A stretch of 64,000 nt of DNA from Chrysomallon squamiferum (GCA_012295275.1 CM022666.1:6138001-6202000); one strand, 5' to 3'; shown: positions 31,393-49,188, counted from the first letter of the stretch. Notes: generated by a model not told the origin, from the letters alone. Program-made: numbers and translations.

Positions 31393-32662
31393 ATAATTCA
31401 GACTGTGAAGTTTTACAAGCAAAATATTAATAATGAGGAATGTGAACATCTTTTATAATAGTAAGAAAAATGTAGACTGAATTTCTGTGATAAAATATGA
31501 ATAACGTGGATTGTGACTCTCTGTTATTAAATTATGAATAATAAAGACTGAATTTCTCTTGTAAAATATTAATAATGTAGATTGTGTATGTTTATATTTG
31601 ATTAAAATTTGAATAATGTAGACAGAGAAAATATGTAATTATATATATATATCGTTGCAGACTGAATATTTATTATTGTTTCTAATTGTTTTAAGTATTA
31701 TTTTATTAATGTATTATGGTCACTATCAGTAGTTGTAGTAATATTTATATATAATCTAGACACATAGTAATATTTGATTTTTCCAATAAATTTAGCGTCC
31801 TCACTTTAGCATGAACTTTGAAATTGCTGCTTAGCTAAAAAACTTAAGAACGAGTTATCTATTCAGATTTTTATATATGCAGGCTGCAAAATGTTACTAT
31901 GCATCACTCTATTAAAATATTTTGTTATGTTCCATGATTATATAAAATAAAAGAATTCATTATTATTTAATTATCTTTTTCTGTCTTCTTCTTTTCAGTT
32001 TCATTTTGTTTTACTTTATGTTCTTGGTTACAAGATAATAATATGGTTTGTGAGGATGAAAAATATTTGAAAATATCAAATGATAATAAAATGTTTTTAG
32101 TTTAAATGATAATATTTTACAATTATTATATTTGTGCATAAGATATCTTATTACTGATTTATTTTTAAATTACTGTCTTAATTATCTTCGAATTCTTGAA
32201 CAAAAAAACAAACAAAAGATTTCGTATTAGTGATAAATTATTAATGTTGTTGTTTTGTTTTATTTTGTTTTTCAATGTACGGTATCAATGCGCGAACAGT
32301 CTCAGTAGACGAGAGGTCAGCAAACTGGACATTAGTGTGACCACTGCTTCTGCCTGACCTTGGTGGGCACTTGGTCTGTTTGGAGCGAAGGTTGGACGTC
32401 AGATTTCTCTGCAGCAAAAATGGCGGGTGTTTGTCCAAACTTGTGATGTACGGCAGAACTATACATGAAAATAAAGAACACAAGTTGACGGTTTCACTAA
32501 AATTAATAGAGAGCATTGGGAGACGGAGAGAGATTAAAAGAAGACCAGTAGCCACAAAACAAAACTGCAGTCACCGGTTAGGAAAAAAAATAAAAATAAA
32601 TAACAATAAAGAAACAAACAAATAAATCAGTAAAATAATTAATTTATTAAAATATATTTCAG

Positions 32663-32851
32663 GTCCTCTGTAAACTTGGTCTAGTTGAGGAATCAGAGAC
32701 ACGACAGAAAGAACAAGTCTGGGAAAATCATTCACAAACTAAAACCTGGACGAATAAGACACTTCCATCGATCACCAGTCTTCTACTGACGCTGGGTTTT
32801 CTTTTATTCTCTGTTGCAACAAGCTCTGTAACTTATATGTTCTTTTCATAA
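32663..32851 (+). pseudogene. Duplicated orphan last exon of MAO
   Basis: Near-identical to 8596-8784 plus flanks; upstream MAO exons are absent (only an intron scrap at ~32120-32190 resembling 7780-7855). Confidence 0.85.
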
Positions 32852-33614
32852 TAATAACAACACCAACAGCAACGATAACCACTACTGTTGTGATGGACAA
32901 ACAAGCATAGTTTTTCCGTCGTTTTCAGACTAAAAATGTCTAATAAAGGGACGCAACCGCCTTGGGTTCGACCTTAGGAACATTTGACCCATTTGTTTGT
33001 TAGTACTGCAAAGTGTTTGTGACAAGCTATTTATATGTGTGTGAGTCATAATTTTATTAAAATTTTTTATTGGACTGTTATTTTAGTCTAAAATCTTAAT
33101 CATTATATTATATGTATATATTAATAAGAAAATTTATTTATTTATCAAAAAAAGGTCTGTTTTGTTTGTAAGTTTTACAGGGGAACAATAACGATATTTT
33201 ACGATTTACAATTAACCCTTCCAATTGCCAAAAGAAATTATTATTATTGTTGTTGCTACTGTTATCATCAGTATCATCTTGGTCATCATCAACATCATCA
33301 TCATTATAATTATTATTATTGAGACATTGACAGACAACAGTATTCAGTTAACAAATTTTCAAAGCTGTAACTAGACTGTGTTTAAAAGGCGAGTGGAGCT
33401 GGGCAGCACCATTTGTACGAGTGATCTGGGAGCCGTCTAGAGACTCCAGAAGCTCCGACTCCAAAGAGTAACCGTAGACACAAACGAATTCATTCAGTGG
33501 ATATCGTTTCTATCGGAATAGAGATTTATATTTTATATGTCCTAAATAAAACCTTTGAGTCAAAAAAAAAAAAAAAAGAATAAGAAGTAATAAAACATCT
33601 GATTTTAATTTTGA

Positions 33615-34310
33615 GTGTTACCTTCTACATGTTACTACTGATATTAACATTTTACTTACTTCATGTTAATAGTGATATCATCACTTTTTCCTCAATGTTA
33701 CCTCTGTTAACATTTTTACTTACTACATCATTCTATTCCTACTGGCATTCTTACTTATTACATGTTGCTACTGGAAGTACAGTTTATATTTACTACATGT
33801 TACTACTAGCATTCATATTATTACTTACTGTTTGATACTATTAGTATTCACGTTCTTACATTCTACATGTTACTGCTGATACTAACATTATTACTTCCAA
33901 CATGTTATTACTGATATTAACATTATTATTTACAACATATTACTACAGATATTAACATTATTACGTTCTACATGTTAGTACTGTTATTAACATTATTATC
34001 TACAACATGATACTACTGATATCAACGTTATTACTTTCTACACGATACTACTGATATTAACATTATTACTTTCTACATGTTTGTACTGTTATTAACATTA
34101 TTACTTTCTACATGTTAGTACTGGTATTAACATTATTACTAACAACATGGTACTACTGATATTAACATTACTACGTTCTACATGTTAATACTGTTATTAA
34201 CATTATTACTAACAACATGTTACTACTGATATTAACATTACTACGTTCTACATATTAATACTGTTATTAACATTATCAGGTTCTACATGTTAGTACTGTT
34301 GTTAACAATA
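33615..34310. repeat. 35-bp minisatellite array downstream of copy 5
   Basis: Same unit as 9590-10775. Confidence 0.9.
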
Positions 34311-34799
34311 TTATATTTCCAGACATTTCTATACGCAGTGTTTTGTTAGTTTCAATTTTACCTATATTCTTCAACAAACTTATTTCACTTGAAGCATTTA
34401 GAATATTGCTAGCTGATTTTCTGTTTCCTTTCTTTAATATCACAAAAAGCACAATATAGACCGAGTAATCACATAATAGTGGCAAAACACGGTTGAAACA
34501 GTCACAGGCTGAAAAATGCCAGAGGTTCAGTAGAGGTACAGGTTCAATATGCGTACGCTTCCCCTACTGTTATTATCATTAATACTTCAGCGGATGTTGC
34601 TGCATCACTACTGATACCATTACTGTTTTATTTCCATTTCTGTTCTTCTTCTACTACTTCGTTTACTACTAATACTAATACTAAGAATACAATCATTTAT
34701 TATACTCCGTTTTCGACGGGGAAAAGATTTTGTTTTTAAAAACATAAAGTAATAGATTATAAACATCACTAAAACTTTATTTCTCAGTTACAGTGAATT

Positions 34800-37037
34800 T
34801 CAGCCATAAATGTTATGACAGCGGTACTGTCCATAGTTGACACAGACACATTCGAACGAATACCAGGTTCTAGGCTTTTTGTACCCAACCTGGAGACATA
34901 CATCATGGATATAACAGCCTGAAACAAACGTAAGAAAGGAAATAGAAAATAAATTGGCACTGTTTTTAATGTTTCATGTGAAATACGAGGATTGGCCGAA
35001 GCATAGAGGTAAATTTCAGAACAAGAAAACATTGCGTAAAGAAATGTCTGGAAATCTCCAAGTTAACCGTTTTCCATAGCACAACCTGTAATCAGAATAC
35101 TCCAGACACTTCGCTGATATTGTTTATGTTCTAAACTTATTTTTTATAGTTTTGTTTTCTTCACGAGCGTGAGTAGTTGTCTACGACACGTTTGAAAAGT
35201 ACAGGTTGAATTCTTCAGTTCGGCCCTTCGAAACGTGCAAAGGCCCACAACTTAGAAATACATCGCTCGTATCGTCACGGAATCTTGGCGGTATTTTTAC
35301 AAACTGCTTCTTGCTGTGCAGTGTCTTGTTTCTGGACAGTTGTAGACGTTTATGATACCGGTTTTCAATGTAACTATGCCACATCCTAGATCGTCTCTTA
35401 TTTGCATCTTGAAGAAAAGCAGAAGTAAAATAGTGACTATGACGGAGAGAACAGATCTTTTGGAGAGGCTGGACTGGCACACATGCGCAGTTTCATTAAA
35501 GTGTTCGGTGTTGGCTGTTTTAACTTAATTCCAAAAATTGGACGGTGAAGGTCCAAACTAAGAATGCCGAGTTTGGCAAGTTTAACCTGTAAGTTTCTTG
35601 TAAAGACAATAAGTCTTACCTTTATAATACCTTTTGACTGCTCCGCCGTTCGTTTTGTCACATTGAAAATATCCGCATTTATCTTGACTGATTGGTATCG
35701 ACTTTCCTAATTGAAGGCAGTCATAAAACTTGTGCAAACTACACACCAGAGCAGAAAAAATTAAAAATCGAAACAAGAATAAGAAAGAAAAATAAGAGAA
35801 AAAGAAAACAAGAAAATAAATAATAATAGTAATAAATTAATCGAAAAACAAAAATATATAAAAGAAGCAACTGTCATACCTATTACTATATCGAATTCAT
35901 AATCACCATCATTATTATTGTTATTATCATAATTATTATTCTGATTATTAATCTTATTATTTTTTTGTTGTTACTATAAGTACATATTAAGGCTAAAATT
36001 ACTTACCTGAACTCTGATCTTTTTTAATAATAAAGTCTATGACTACTTTTTCCTTAATCTGTCTTACAGTAGCAGTATATCTAAAGACACCACACCCAGT
36101 GGGAGTATTCGCGTTTGTGGCTCCAATCCGAGTACCGTAAATCTTCACGTCTGTAAAAAAGAATTTTATTATTATTATTATTATTATTGTACTCACTTTG
36201 GCACTTCCGAAACGACATTTTACTAGCTACTGAGATGTGTTGTTAACTGATAAGCATTTAAATAATGATGACTATGAAGTATAAACATGTTCCTATTGAC
36301 ACTGAGACTTGTTTGAATTTTAAGGCTAATTTAATAGGAGATACAGGTACCGGACATATCATCCGGCGTCCTGAAATGCGGAAAGATTTTCTTTATGTTT
36401 TTAAGTATTTACTTAATTTAGAACATTTACTACAAAACAAAGAATTGCTTTTAACAAAATGAATTGCTTACATGATGTTCGTTGATCGATTTTGAAACCA
36501 CCCTCAACGCATTTAAGTATAGTGGAACCTTGGTAAAAGAACTGATGGATGTCTTCTCCTACTTTTACTTTACCCCACTTTGTCTCACACTGTTTAGTTG
36601 ATGTGTTGTATACACCTGAAAACGCTAAAAAAATAAATAAAAAATAATAGTATATTTCTTTGATCTATGTGTTTAGACTTTGAGTATCTGTCAAACTCTT
36701 TCTTGTAGACCTCTGAAAACCTGAGCTGAGTTAACTGAATGCTTGTACATCTGTTTCTCTATGTCAGCACTATAAAACATTGGACTTGCTAGTTGATATT
36801 ATCATTATTATTATTATTTATTTATTTATTTTGTTGTTTTTTTTATATTATTTTCCTTGCAATATCCGATAAAGATATTATTTAAATATGACATGAATTG
36901 AAACTGATGTAAAAGTAGAAGACATTCCGTAACCAAAATCATGACATACTTTCCTGATGTGAATCGTATACATCTGTTTTCGATAGCAGGTGTTGGAACG
37001 ACATAACCATAATCAGAAGGAACGTTACTGCCGACAT
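34800..37037 (-). CDS. Cys-rich secreted protein copy 5; exon-4 acceptor mutated (AG>TG), ORFs otherwise intact
   Basis: Exons 37037-36950, 36615-36472, 36150-36007, 35751-35620 (preceded by TTTTCTG), 34918-34800 (GCYIHDVCLQVGYKKPRTWYSFECVCVNYGQYRCHNIYG*). Skipping exon 4 would keep the frame. Confidence 0.65.
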
Positions 37038-37684
37038 GTTGAACTGTTGACTGTAAATATCTGTAATCGACTAGCTTAATAATAGAGATGACATAGTAAC
37101 AAACATTAAAACAAACTAAGTAAAAATGTGAACAACAGAATTGTTACCGAGATGTCATTAATAAGAAACTGTATCAACTTAACTCAAGATGTCAAGGCTA
37201 ACAGTTCATTACTATTTTTGAATTTATTTTTTTTTTTTTCTTTCTTTTTCTTTACCTCCCTTACCTGTAACAAGTAGGAAAGTTAATAGTAATCACAAAA
37301 GATAACATATCAAAAACGTTAGTAGAAATATTAACATGTAACGAATAACAATTTGTTTATTTATATTAATATGTAACAAGTCAAAACGTTGACACAAGTA
37401 ATAACATAGAGTAAGCAAAATAGATATAGAAAGAAGCAAAAATGTTAACACGAGTAGTAGTGTAGTAAGTAACAATGCTAATACAGCTAGCGACATGAAG
37501 TATGTAATATTGTTAATACCACTAGCAGAATCTTGTAAGAAAAGATGTTGAGACTAGTTATAATATGTATTAAGTAAAAATGTTAACACCAGTAGTAAGA
37601 TATAGTGACATAAAAAATGTTAATACATATAGCAAGTGAAAATGACATCACCAGTAGTAACCTATGGTAAATAAAATATATATA

Positions 37685-38312
37685 AGTGGTATCTTGACTT
37701 ATGAGTTTAACTCGTTCCGTGACCGAGTTCGTATCTCAGTTTACTCACATATCAAATCAATTTTCCCGAGAAATTAATTGAAGCACCATCAATCGATTAC
37801 AGCTCCCAAAAAACTAATCATGTTTTTATAAATAACAAATATTGTTAAAATAAAAGAGATGGAAGAGAAATAAATTAGTTTTGTAAAGTATATTTATCTT
37901 GGAGATGAGACACATTATTATAACCCCTTTGGCTGGAGTTATAGATTTAATCGACTCCAGATCCTTCAATATGGCACATATCGAAGAACTACTACGTTCG
38001 TACTGACTAGCCAAGTCGACTGCATGCACACCTCAGTCATGTTTTACTATGAGTTGGAGGTTTAATCAAATAGAAATCATCCGCTTCTTCTTCTCAGCAC
38101 TGTCCTATGCACTCACTTTCTTAGGATCCATGGCCAGAAATAAAGAAATTTTTCAAAATACTGAACAAAACGCGAGCAGAACACAACACAACAGAGATGC
38201 TTCCGCGACGAGGTAACCACGTGAAGTAAACCAGTGAGACGCGGGATTCTGGCCAACTAGCAGCGGTGTAACTGAAGCTCGCTCGTAACTCGGATTCTGC
38301 CTCGCAGCTCAA
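37685..38312 (-). mobile_element. Tigger-like relic upstream of copy 5
   Basis: Same truncated form as 18126-18753, inverted. Confidence 0.8.
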
Positions 38313-39313
38313 AGTACTATAAAACATCTTACATTAATTCTGTTACAAAATCTATCAGAGTATTATACTTTACCACGTATGTTGTAGTATCTTTCCAGCA
38401 ACAAAACTACTCTGTTAATACAGCGTTAATAAGTATAAGTACTCGATGTTATGAATGGATAGAAATTTAAATTAAGGTATAAAATATTTCACCTCAGTTC
38501 TATTGTGACAAGTAATATAAAACTTGACGTCTAGTGCTGTAAAATCTCTCGAAGTGATATCAAACATGTTCTTCAAAAGTAATTGGTACAGTTTTATTTA
38601 TCTGTGTATGATTCATTGATTATAAAACAGTGTAACGAGTTTATGTTTTACATTTTATGACAACAGACATGAAATTTCTGTCATTACTGTATTTTATGAT
38701 AGATAAAATTTGCATATATCTGTCTGTGTCTGTGCGTGTGTGTGTCCGTGTGTGATGACTAAGGTAGCAGAGGCAAAGCTGTAGTATCAGCACCATAAAT
38801 AATGCAGCAACAACCGCTGTAGTATTTGTATTAACGATAATAGTAGTTCTAGTAGCAGTAGTAGCACACTAGTAAAAGCAGCAGCGAATACTAGGAACCC
38901 TGCAAGGAAAGGAACAGATATACAAATTCTAGGAATGGCAGTTGTATTAGCAGCAGCAGTAGAGTAGTTATAGTAATATAATAGTAGTAGGCATAAATAA
39001 GTAGTAGTAGAAGATTAGTGGTTGTGGAACAGTAGTAGCATAGTCATACATTTGTCTCAAAAATTGACTAGATCCGTTAGAAGAAATATCAAATACTATT
39101 ACCACTCTTCTTTATCTGCTACTACTACTACTACTACTACTACTATCACTACTACTGCTGCTACTACTAGTCTTATTATTACAATTACTACTGCTCCATT
39201 TGTCGTTCTAATACTACTACCACCATCAATGCTCTACTGCTACTACTGTACTTCTACTACTGGCAGTGCACTGCTAAAATAGCTGCTCCTGCTACGTCTG
39301 CTGCCGGTACTAT

Positions 39314-39357
<44 letters not shown>

Positions 39358-39830
39358 TTACTACGATTCCTCTATTACTATCTGCCTGCTATTCCAGCTA
39401 ATGATGCTAAAGTAAAAGTACAAGTAGTATTAAGGCTACTATTTCTGCTACAACTGCTGTTACACTGCTAGTACTGCAGAATTACTACAACAGGTCAGCG
39501 ATTATTACTACCAGTGGTATTACAGTTCTGTTACTGCTGCTATTACTATTACTATACCTACAAATACTTCTAGTACTACATAATATTTTTACTAATAGAA
39601 CTATACGTCTATACTACTACTGCTGCTACTACTAGTCTTATTATTACAATTACTACTACTGCATTTGTCGTTCTAATACTAGTACCACCATCAATGCTCT
39701 ACTGCTACTGTACTTCTACTACTAGCAGTGGACTGCTAAAATAGCTGCTACTGCTACGTCTGCTGCCGGTACTATTACTACTACTATTACTACTACTATT
39801 ACTACTACTACTACTATTACTACTACTACT

Positions 39831-39875
<45 letters not shown>

Positions 39876-41483
39876 GATTACTACTACTACTACTACTATT
39901 ACTACTACTACTACTACTACTATTACTATTACTACTACTACTATTACTACTACTACTATTACTACTATTACTACGATTCCTCTATTACTATCTGCCTGCT
40001 ATTTTTCAGCTAATGATGCTAAAAGTAAAAGTAAAAGTACTATTAAGGCTACTATTTCTGCTACAACAGTGGTTACACTGCTAGTACTGCAGAATTACTA
40101 CAACAGGTCAGCGATTATTACTACCAGTGGTATTACAGTTCTGTTACTGCTGCAATTATTATTTCTATACCTTCGAATACTTGTAGTACTACATAATATT
40201 TTTACTAATCCAGCTGTACGTCTATGCTACTAGTGTTCCACAACCACTAATTTTCTACTACTACTTATTTATGCATACTACTATTATATTAGTATAACTA
40301 CTCTACTGCTGCTACTCCTACAACTAACATTCCTAGAATTTGATTATCTGTTTCTTCAGTTGTAGGGTTCCTAGAATTCGCTGCTGCTTCTACTAGTGTG
40401 CTACTACTGCTACTAGAACTACTATTATTATTGTTAATACAAATACTACAGCGGTTATTGCTGGATCAGATATGGTGCTGATACTACAGCTTTGCCTCTG
40501 CTACCTTAGTCATCACACACGCACACACACACGCACAAACACAGACAAATACATGCAAATTTTATCTATCATCATAAAACACAGTAATGACAGAAATTTC
40601 ATGTCTGTTGTCATAAAATGTAAAACATAAACTCGTTACACTGTTTTATAATCAATGAATCATACACAGATAAATAAAACTGTACCACTTACTTTTGAAG
40701 AACATGTTTGATATCACTTCGAGAGATTTTACAGCACCAGACGTCAAGTTTTATATTACTTGTGAGAATAGAACTGATGTGAAATATTTTATACCTTAAT
40801 TTAAATTTATATACATTCATAACATCGAGTACTTATATTTATTAACGCTGTATTAACAGAGTAGTTTTGTTGCTGGAAAGATATTACAACATACGTGGTA
40901 AAGTATAATACTCTGATATTTTTGTGAACAGAATTAATGTAAGATGCTTTATACTACTCACTTCTTACCAGTTGAATTAACATTTCACATTGTAACGTTG
41001 CAAATACTGTTAACGTTTTACTCACTACATTTTATACGACTATTAAAAACTCATTATTGTTACTACTAGTTACTAGTAATAAAAATTTTGATCTACTTCG
41101 TGTTGCTGCTGGTATGAACATTTTACACACGATATGTTACCATCTTTATTTACATTTTAATGTTACAACTAGTATTAACATTTTTACTATATGTTAATTG
41201 TAGTACTAATATATTTACTAACTACATATTACTAGTAATATTAACATTTTTACCTACGACATATCTGATATTTACTTGTAAATTTACAACTTGTTATTGA
41301 TAGTACTAATATTTTTCCTTACGATATATTAATACTGAAATTTATCTTTTAATTTACTGCAGGTTAGTATTTTTAGTTAGTATTACCATTTTTACTAAAA
41401 GTTACTACTGGTAATAACAGTTTTAGTTACTCCATTTTATCATTAGTATTAACATTTTTACTTAAGACATGTAAATACTGATA

Positions 41484-42064
41484 CAGTGGTACCTCGAATT
41501 ACGAGTGTATCAACTTACGAGTTTTTCGAGTTACCAGCAGCTGCCCGGTCGAGTTTTTGCTTTGAGTTTCGAAGCAGAATCCGAGTTCCGAGCGAGCTTC
41601 AGTTACGTCGGCGGTAGTTGGCCAGAATACCCCGTCTCATTCGTTTACTTCACGTGGTTTCCTCGCCGCGGAAGCATCTCTGTTGTGTTGTGTAGTATTT
41701 TGCTAATTTCTTTGTTGTGGCCATGGATCCTAAGAAAGTGAGTGCAAAGGACTTAGTAGTTCTTCGATATGTGCCACATTGAAGGATCAGGAGTCGATAA
41801 AGTCTATAACTCCAGCCAAAGGGGTTATAATAATTTGTCTCATCTCCAAGATAAATATACTTTACAAAACCAATTTGTTTCTCTTCCATCTCTTTTATTT
41901 TAACAATATTTGTTATTTATAAAAACATGATTAGTTTTTCGGGAGCTGTAATGGATTGATGGTGTTTCAATTAATTTCTCGGGAAAATTGATTTGATATG
42001 TTAGCAAATTGAGATACGAACTCGGTCACGGAACGAATTAAACTCGTAAGTCAAGATACCACTT
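41484..42064 (+). mobile_element. Tigger-like relic upstream of copy 6
   Basis: TA-CAGTGGTACCTCGAATTACGAG left TIR; internal deletion in the transposase relic. Confidence 0.8.
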
Positions 42065-42517
42065 ATATATATTTTATTTACCATAGGTTACTAGTGGTGA
42101 TGTAATTTTCACTTGCTATATGTGCTAACATTTGCTATATATATTAATATGTTTTACGTCACTGTATCTTACTACTGGTGTTAACATTTTTACTTAATAC
42201 ATATTATAACTAGTCTCAACATTTTTTCTTACTAGATTCTGCTAGTGGTATTAACAGTATTACTTACTTCATATCACTAGCCGTATTGGCATTGTTACTT
42301 ACTACACTACTACTCGTGTTAACATTTTTACTTCTTTCTATGTCTATTAATATTTTTGCTTACTCTATGTTATTACTTGTGTTAACGTTTTAATACAAAT
42401 AAACAAATTGTTATTCGTTACATGTTAATATTTACTTAGTTTGTTTTCATGTTTGTTACTATGTCGACTCTATTCTTAAGCTTGTCGATTACAGATATTG
42501 ATAGTCAACAGTTCAAC

Positions 42518-44871
<2,354 letters not shown>

Positions 44872-45359
44872 AATTCACTGTAACTGAGAAATAAAGTTTT
44901 AGTGATGTATATAATCCATTACTTTATGTTTTTAAAAAAGAATTTTTTCCCCGTCGAAAACGGAGTATAATAAGTGATAGTATTCTTAGTATTAGTAGTA
45001 GTAGTAAACGTAGTAGTTAAAGAAGAACAGAAATAGAAATAAAGCAGTAATAGTATCACTAGTAATGCAGCAACATCAGCTGAAATATCAATGATAATAA
45101 TAGTAGGGAAAGTTTTACACATACTGAACCTGTACCTCTACTGAACCTCTGGCATGTTTCAGCCTTTGACTGTTTCAACCGTGTTTTGCCACTACTGTGT
45201 GATTACTCGGTCTACATTGTGCATTTTGTGATATTAAAGAAAGGAAACAGAAAATCAGCTAGGAATATTCTAAATGCTTCAAGTGAAATAAGTTTGTTGA
45301 AGAGTGTAGGTAAATTTGAAAATAAGAAAACACTGCGTATAGAAATGTCTGGAAATATA

Positions 45360-46050
45360 ATATTGTTAACAAGAGTACAAACATGTAGAACGTGATAATG
45401 TTAATACCAGTAGTAACATGTAAGTAATCATATTAATAACATGTAGAAAGTAGCAATGTTAATATCAGTGTTAACATGTAGATAATCATGTTAATATCAG
45501 TAGTAACATGTTGTTAGTAATAATGTTAATAACAGTACTAATATGTAGAAAGTAGTAATGTTAATATCAGTAGTAACACGTAGATAATGTTGTTAATATC
45601 AGTAGTAGCATGTTGTTAGTAATAATGGTAATAACAGTACTAACATGATGAAAGTAATAATGTTAATAACAGTACTAACATGTAGCGCGTAGTAATGTTA
45701 ATATCAGTAGTAACATGTTGTAAGTAATAATGTTAGTATCAGCAGTAACATGTAGAATGTAATAACGTGAATACTAATAGTATCAAGCAGTAAGTAAAAA
45801 TGTTAATGCTACTAGTAACATGTAGTAAATATAAATTGTACTTCCAGTAGTAACATGTAGAACGTAATAATGTTAATATCAGTAGTAACATGTTGTAAGT
45901 AATAATGTTAATAGCAGTAGTAACATGTAGAAAGTAATAATATGAATTCTAGTAGTAACATGTAGTAAATATAAATTGTTCTTCCACTAGGAACATGTAA
46001 TAAGTAAGAATGCCAGTAGAAATAGAAAGATGCAGTAAGTAAGAATGTTA
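45360..46050. repeat. 35-bp minisatellite array downstream of copy 6
   Basis: Same unit. Confidence 0.9.
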
Positions 46051-46669
46051 ACAGTGTCTCAATAATAATAATTATAATGATGATAACAACAGCAAAGACG
46101 CCGATGACAACAGTAATAATAACGATGATGTTGATGATAACAGTAACAACAACAACGACGACGACAACAGTATTTATAATTTCTGTTGGCAATTGGAAGG
46201 GTTAATTGTAAACTGTTCTTCTTCTACTACTACTTCTACTACTACTACCACTTCTACAATTCTGCTACCATTACTACCGCATCTATTGCTGCTGCTGCTT
46301 CTTCTGTTACTCTTGTATTTCCAGTGCTACTACTACTACTACTAGTATTGCTACTACTACTGCTTCTGTACTGTTACTACGATTGTTACTTTTGCTGTTG
46401 AACATCCACCTGCACTTTTACTAGTAATGCTTCTTGAACTACTACTGATAGTGCTACTAGTGCTGCTACTACTTTTACTGATCCATTACTACTACTACAG
46501 CTCTTACTGACCTACTAATACTAAGAATACTATCACTTATTACACTCTGTTTTTTTTTTCTTTGTTGTCTTTTTAACTTTATTTTTTTTTTGGTTGCGTT
46601 TCTTAAAACAGACATAAAGTAATACATTATATACATTATGTAAATTTTATTTCTAAGTTAAAGTGAATT

Positions 46670-48136
46670 TCATCTATGTAAGCGAAAATGTCCAGAGTGG
46701 GAACATGCACATTTCTTTTTCCACCAAATCCATCAGGATGGCGATATACACCTTTGATTATACAGCCAGAAAGGAGCGTAAGAAAGGAAATAGAAAATAA
46801 ATTAGCACTGTTTTTGGATTGGCTGAAGCATAGAGGTAAATTTCAGAACAAGAAAACATTGCGTAAAGAAATGTCAGGAAATCGCCAAATTAATAGTTTT
46901 CCATAACACCACCTGTAATCTTCTTATCAGAATACTCAACAGACTTCGCTGAAATTGTTTATGTTCTAAACTTGTTTTTAGTTTTGTTTTCCTAACTAGA
47001 TTCAGTAGTTGTCTATGATACATTTGAAAAGTAGAGGCTGAATTCTCGAGCAAAGGCCCACAACTCGATACTATTTCGCTCGTATCGTCACGGAGTCTTC
47101 GCGCAATTTTTTACAAACTGCTTCTTGCTGTGCAGTGTCTTGTTTCTGGACAGTTGTAGACGTTATTATGCCGGTTTTCTATGTAAATATGCCACATCCC
47201 AGATCGCCTCTTATTTGCATCTTGAAGGATACCAGAACTAAAATAGTGATTATGACGGAGAGAAAATATCTTTTGGAGAGGCTGGACTCACACAGTCGTG
47301 CAGTATAACTGAAGTGTTCGGTGTTGGCTGTTTGACTGTGTTCGAACTTAATACTTTCCAAATATTGGACTGTGCAGGTCCCAACTTAGAATGCCGAGTT
47401 TGGCAAGTTCAACCTGTAAGTTACTTGTAAAGACAATAAGTCTTACCTTTGTAATACCTTATAGCTGCTCCGCCGGTCCATTTCTCACACTGATAATATG
47501 CGCATCTTTTTTTTTTCTTGCCTGATTTCTCCTAATATAAGGCAGTCATAAAACTTGTTCCAAGCACACACCATAGCTTCAGAAATTAAAAATAAATTTT
47601 TGTTTTAACAATCACACATATGGTGATACACGATCGAAACAAGAATAAGAAAGAAAAAATAAGAGAAAAAGAAAACAAGAAAATAAATAAAGGTAGTAAT
47701 AAATTAATCGAAATTTATTTTTCAAATACAGCGGAAATATATAAAACAAGCAACTATAATAGCTATTATTATATCGAATTCATTATCACCATCGTCATAA
47801 CTGTTATCATCATCATCATTGCTATTGTTATTATCAACTTCGTCATCATTATCAGAATCACTGTTCTGATTATGAATATTATTATGTTATTGTTGTTGTT
47901 TCATTTACAATAAATACCATATAGGGCTAAAATTATTTACGTGAACTCTGATCTTTTTCAATAACAAAGTCTATGACTACTGTTTCCTTCATCTGTCTTA
48001 CAGTAGCAGTATATCTAAAGATTCCACACTTCGTGGGTGTATTCGTGTTTGTGGCTCCAACCCGAGTACCGTACATCTTCACATCTGTAAAAAAGAATTC
48101 TGTTTTTGTTTTTTATTGTACTCATGTGGCAGTTCA

Positions 48137-48233
<97 letters not shown>

Positions 48234-49188
48234 CTAACCCCTTTTTTATTGAGTTCTAATCCATTTTACTAGCTACTGAGATGTGTTGTTAACTGTCAAG
48301 CATTTAAATGATGTTGAATAACAAATATAAACATGTTTCTGTTTTCTGAGCCACTGAGACTTGTCTTTGTCAATCATCAGATTATGATGACTCCTTGTTC
48401 CACAGTTCCTTCCGACTTACCTTTTCATCTTTGCAAGAATTTTAACTCCAATTTAATACGAGTTACAGGTACCGGACCAATTATCCGGCGTCCGGAAATC
48501 CGGAAAGACCAGAAAACCGGAAGTGTTTTCCCGACGCTATGTTCTCACCCGACCGGAACTTCTCTTTCAAGCCGTGTGGCGTTCATTCACTCGCCGCATT
48601 GTTTACGTGTCGAGTAGCCATAGTTGTGTTTATCGATTTTCTTCATGTTTTCAATTATAAAAGATGTTTATGCCTAATTATTTTCTTATTTAGATGCCTT
48701 GGTAGCAGAAAACCGGAAAATCCTGAAATACGGAATGCCTCAGGCCACAAGGAGTCCGGATAATTGGTCCGGTACCTGTATTTTTCAATCTTTTCTTAAG
48801 AATTTACTTAATATAGAACATCTACAATAAAACAAAGAATTGCTTTTAACAACATGAATTACTTACATGAAGTTCCTTGATCGATTTTGAAACCACCCTC
48901 AACGCATTTAAGTGTCGTGTAACCGTGATATAAGAACTGATGGATGTTTTCTCCTACTTTTACTTTACCCCACTTTGTCTCACACTGTTTAGTTGATGTC
49001 TTGTATACACCTGAAAACGCTAAAAAATACATATATTTCTTTGATCTACGTGTCAGACTTTGCGTGTATCTGTTTAACTCTTTCTTGTAAATCTGCCAAT
49101 CCGTGAACTTAGTAAACTGAATGTCTGTAGTCTATTTCTGTATAAAACATTTGACTTGCTATTTGATATTATTTTTATTATTATTATT

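Noticed and set aside
32241-32625. Overlapping 104-aa and 84-aa ORFs at the duplication junction
   Set aside because: No recognisable motif or splice support; probably a repeat fragment.
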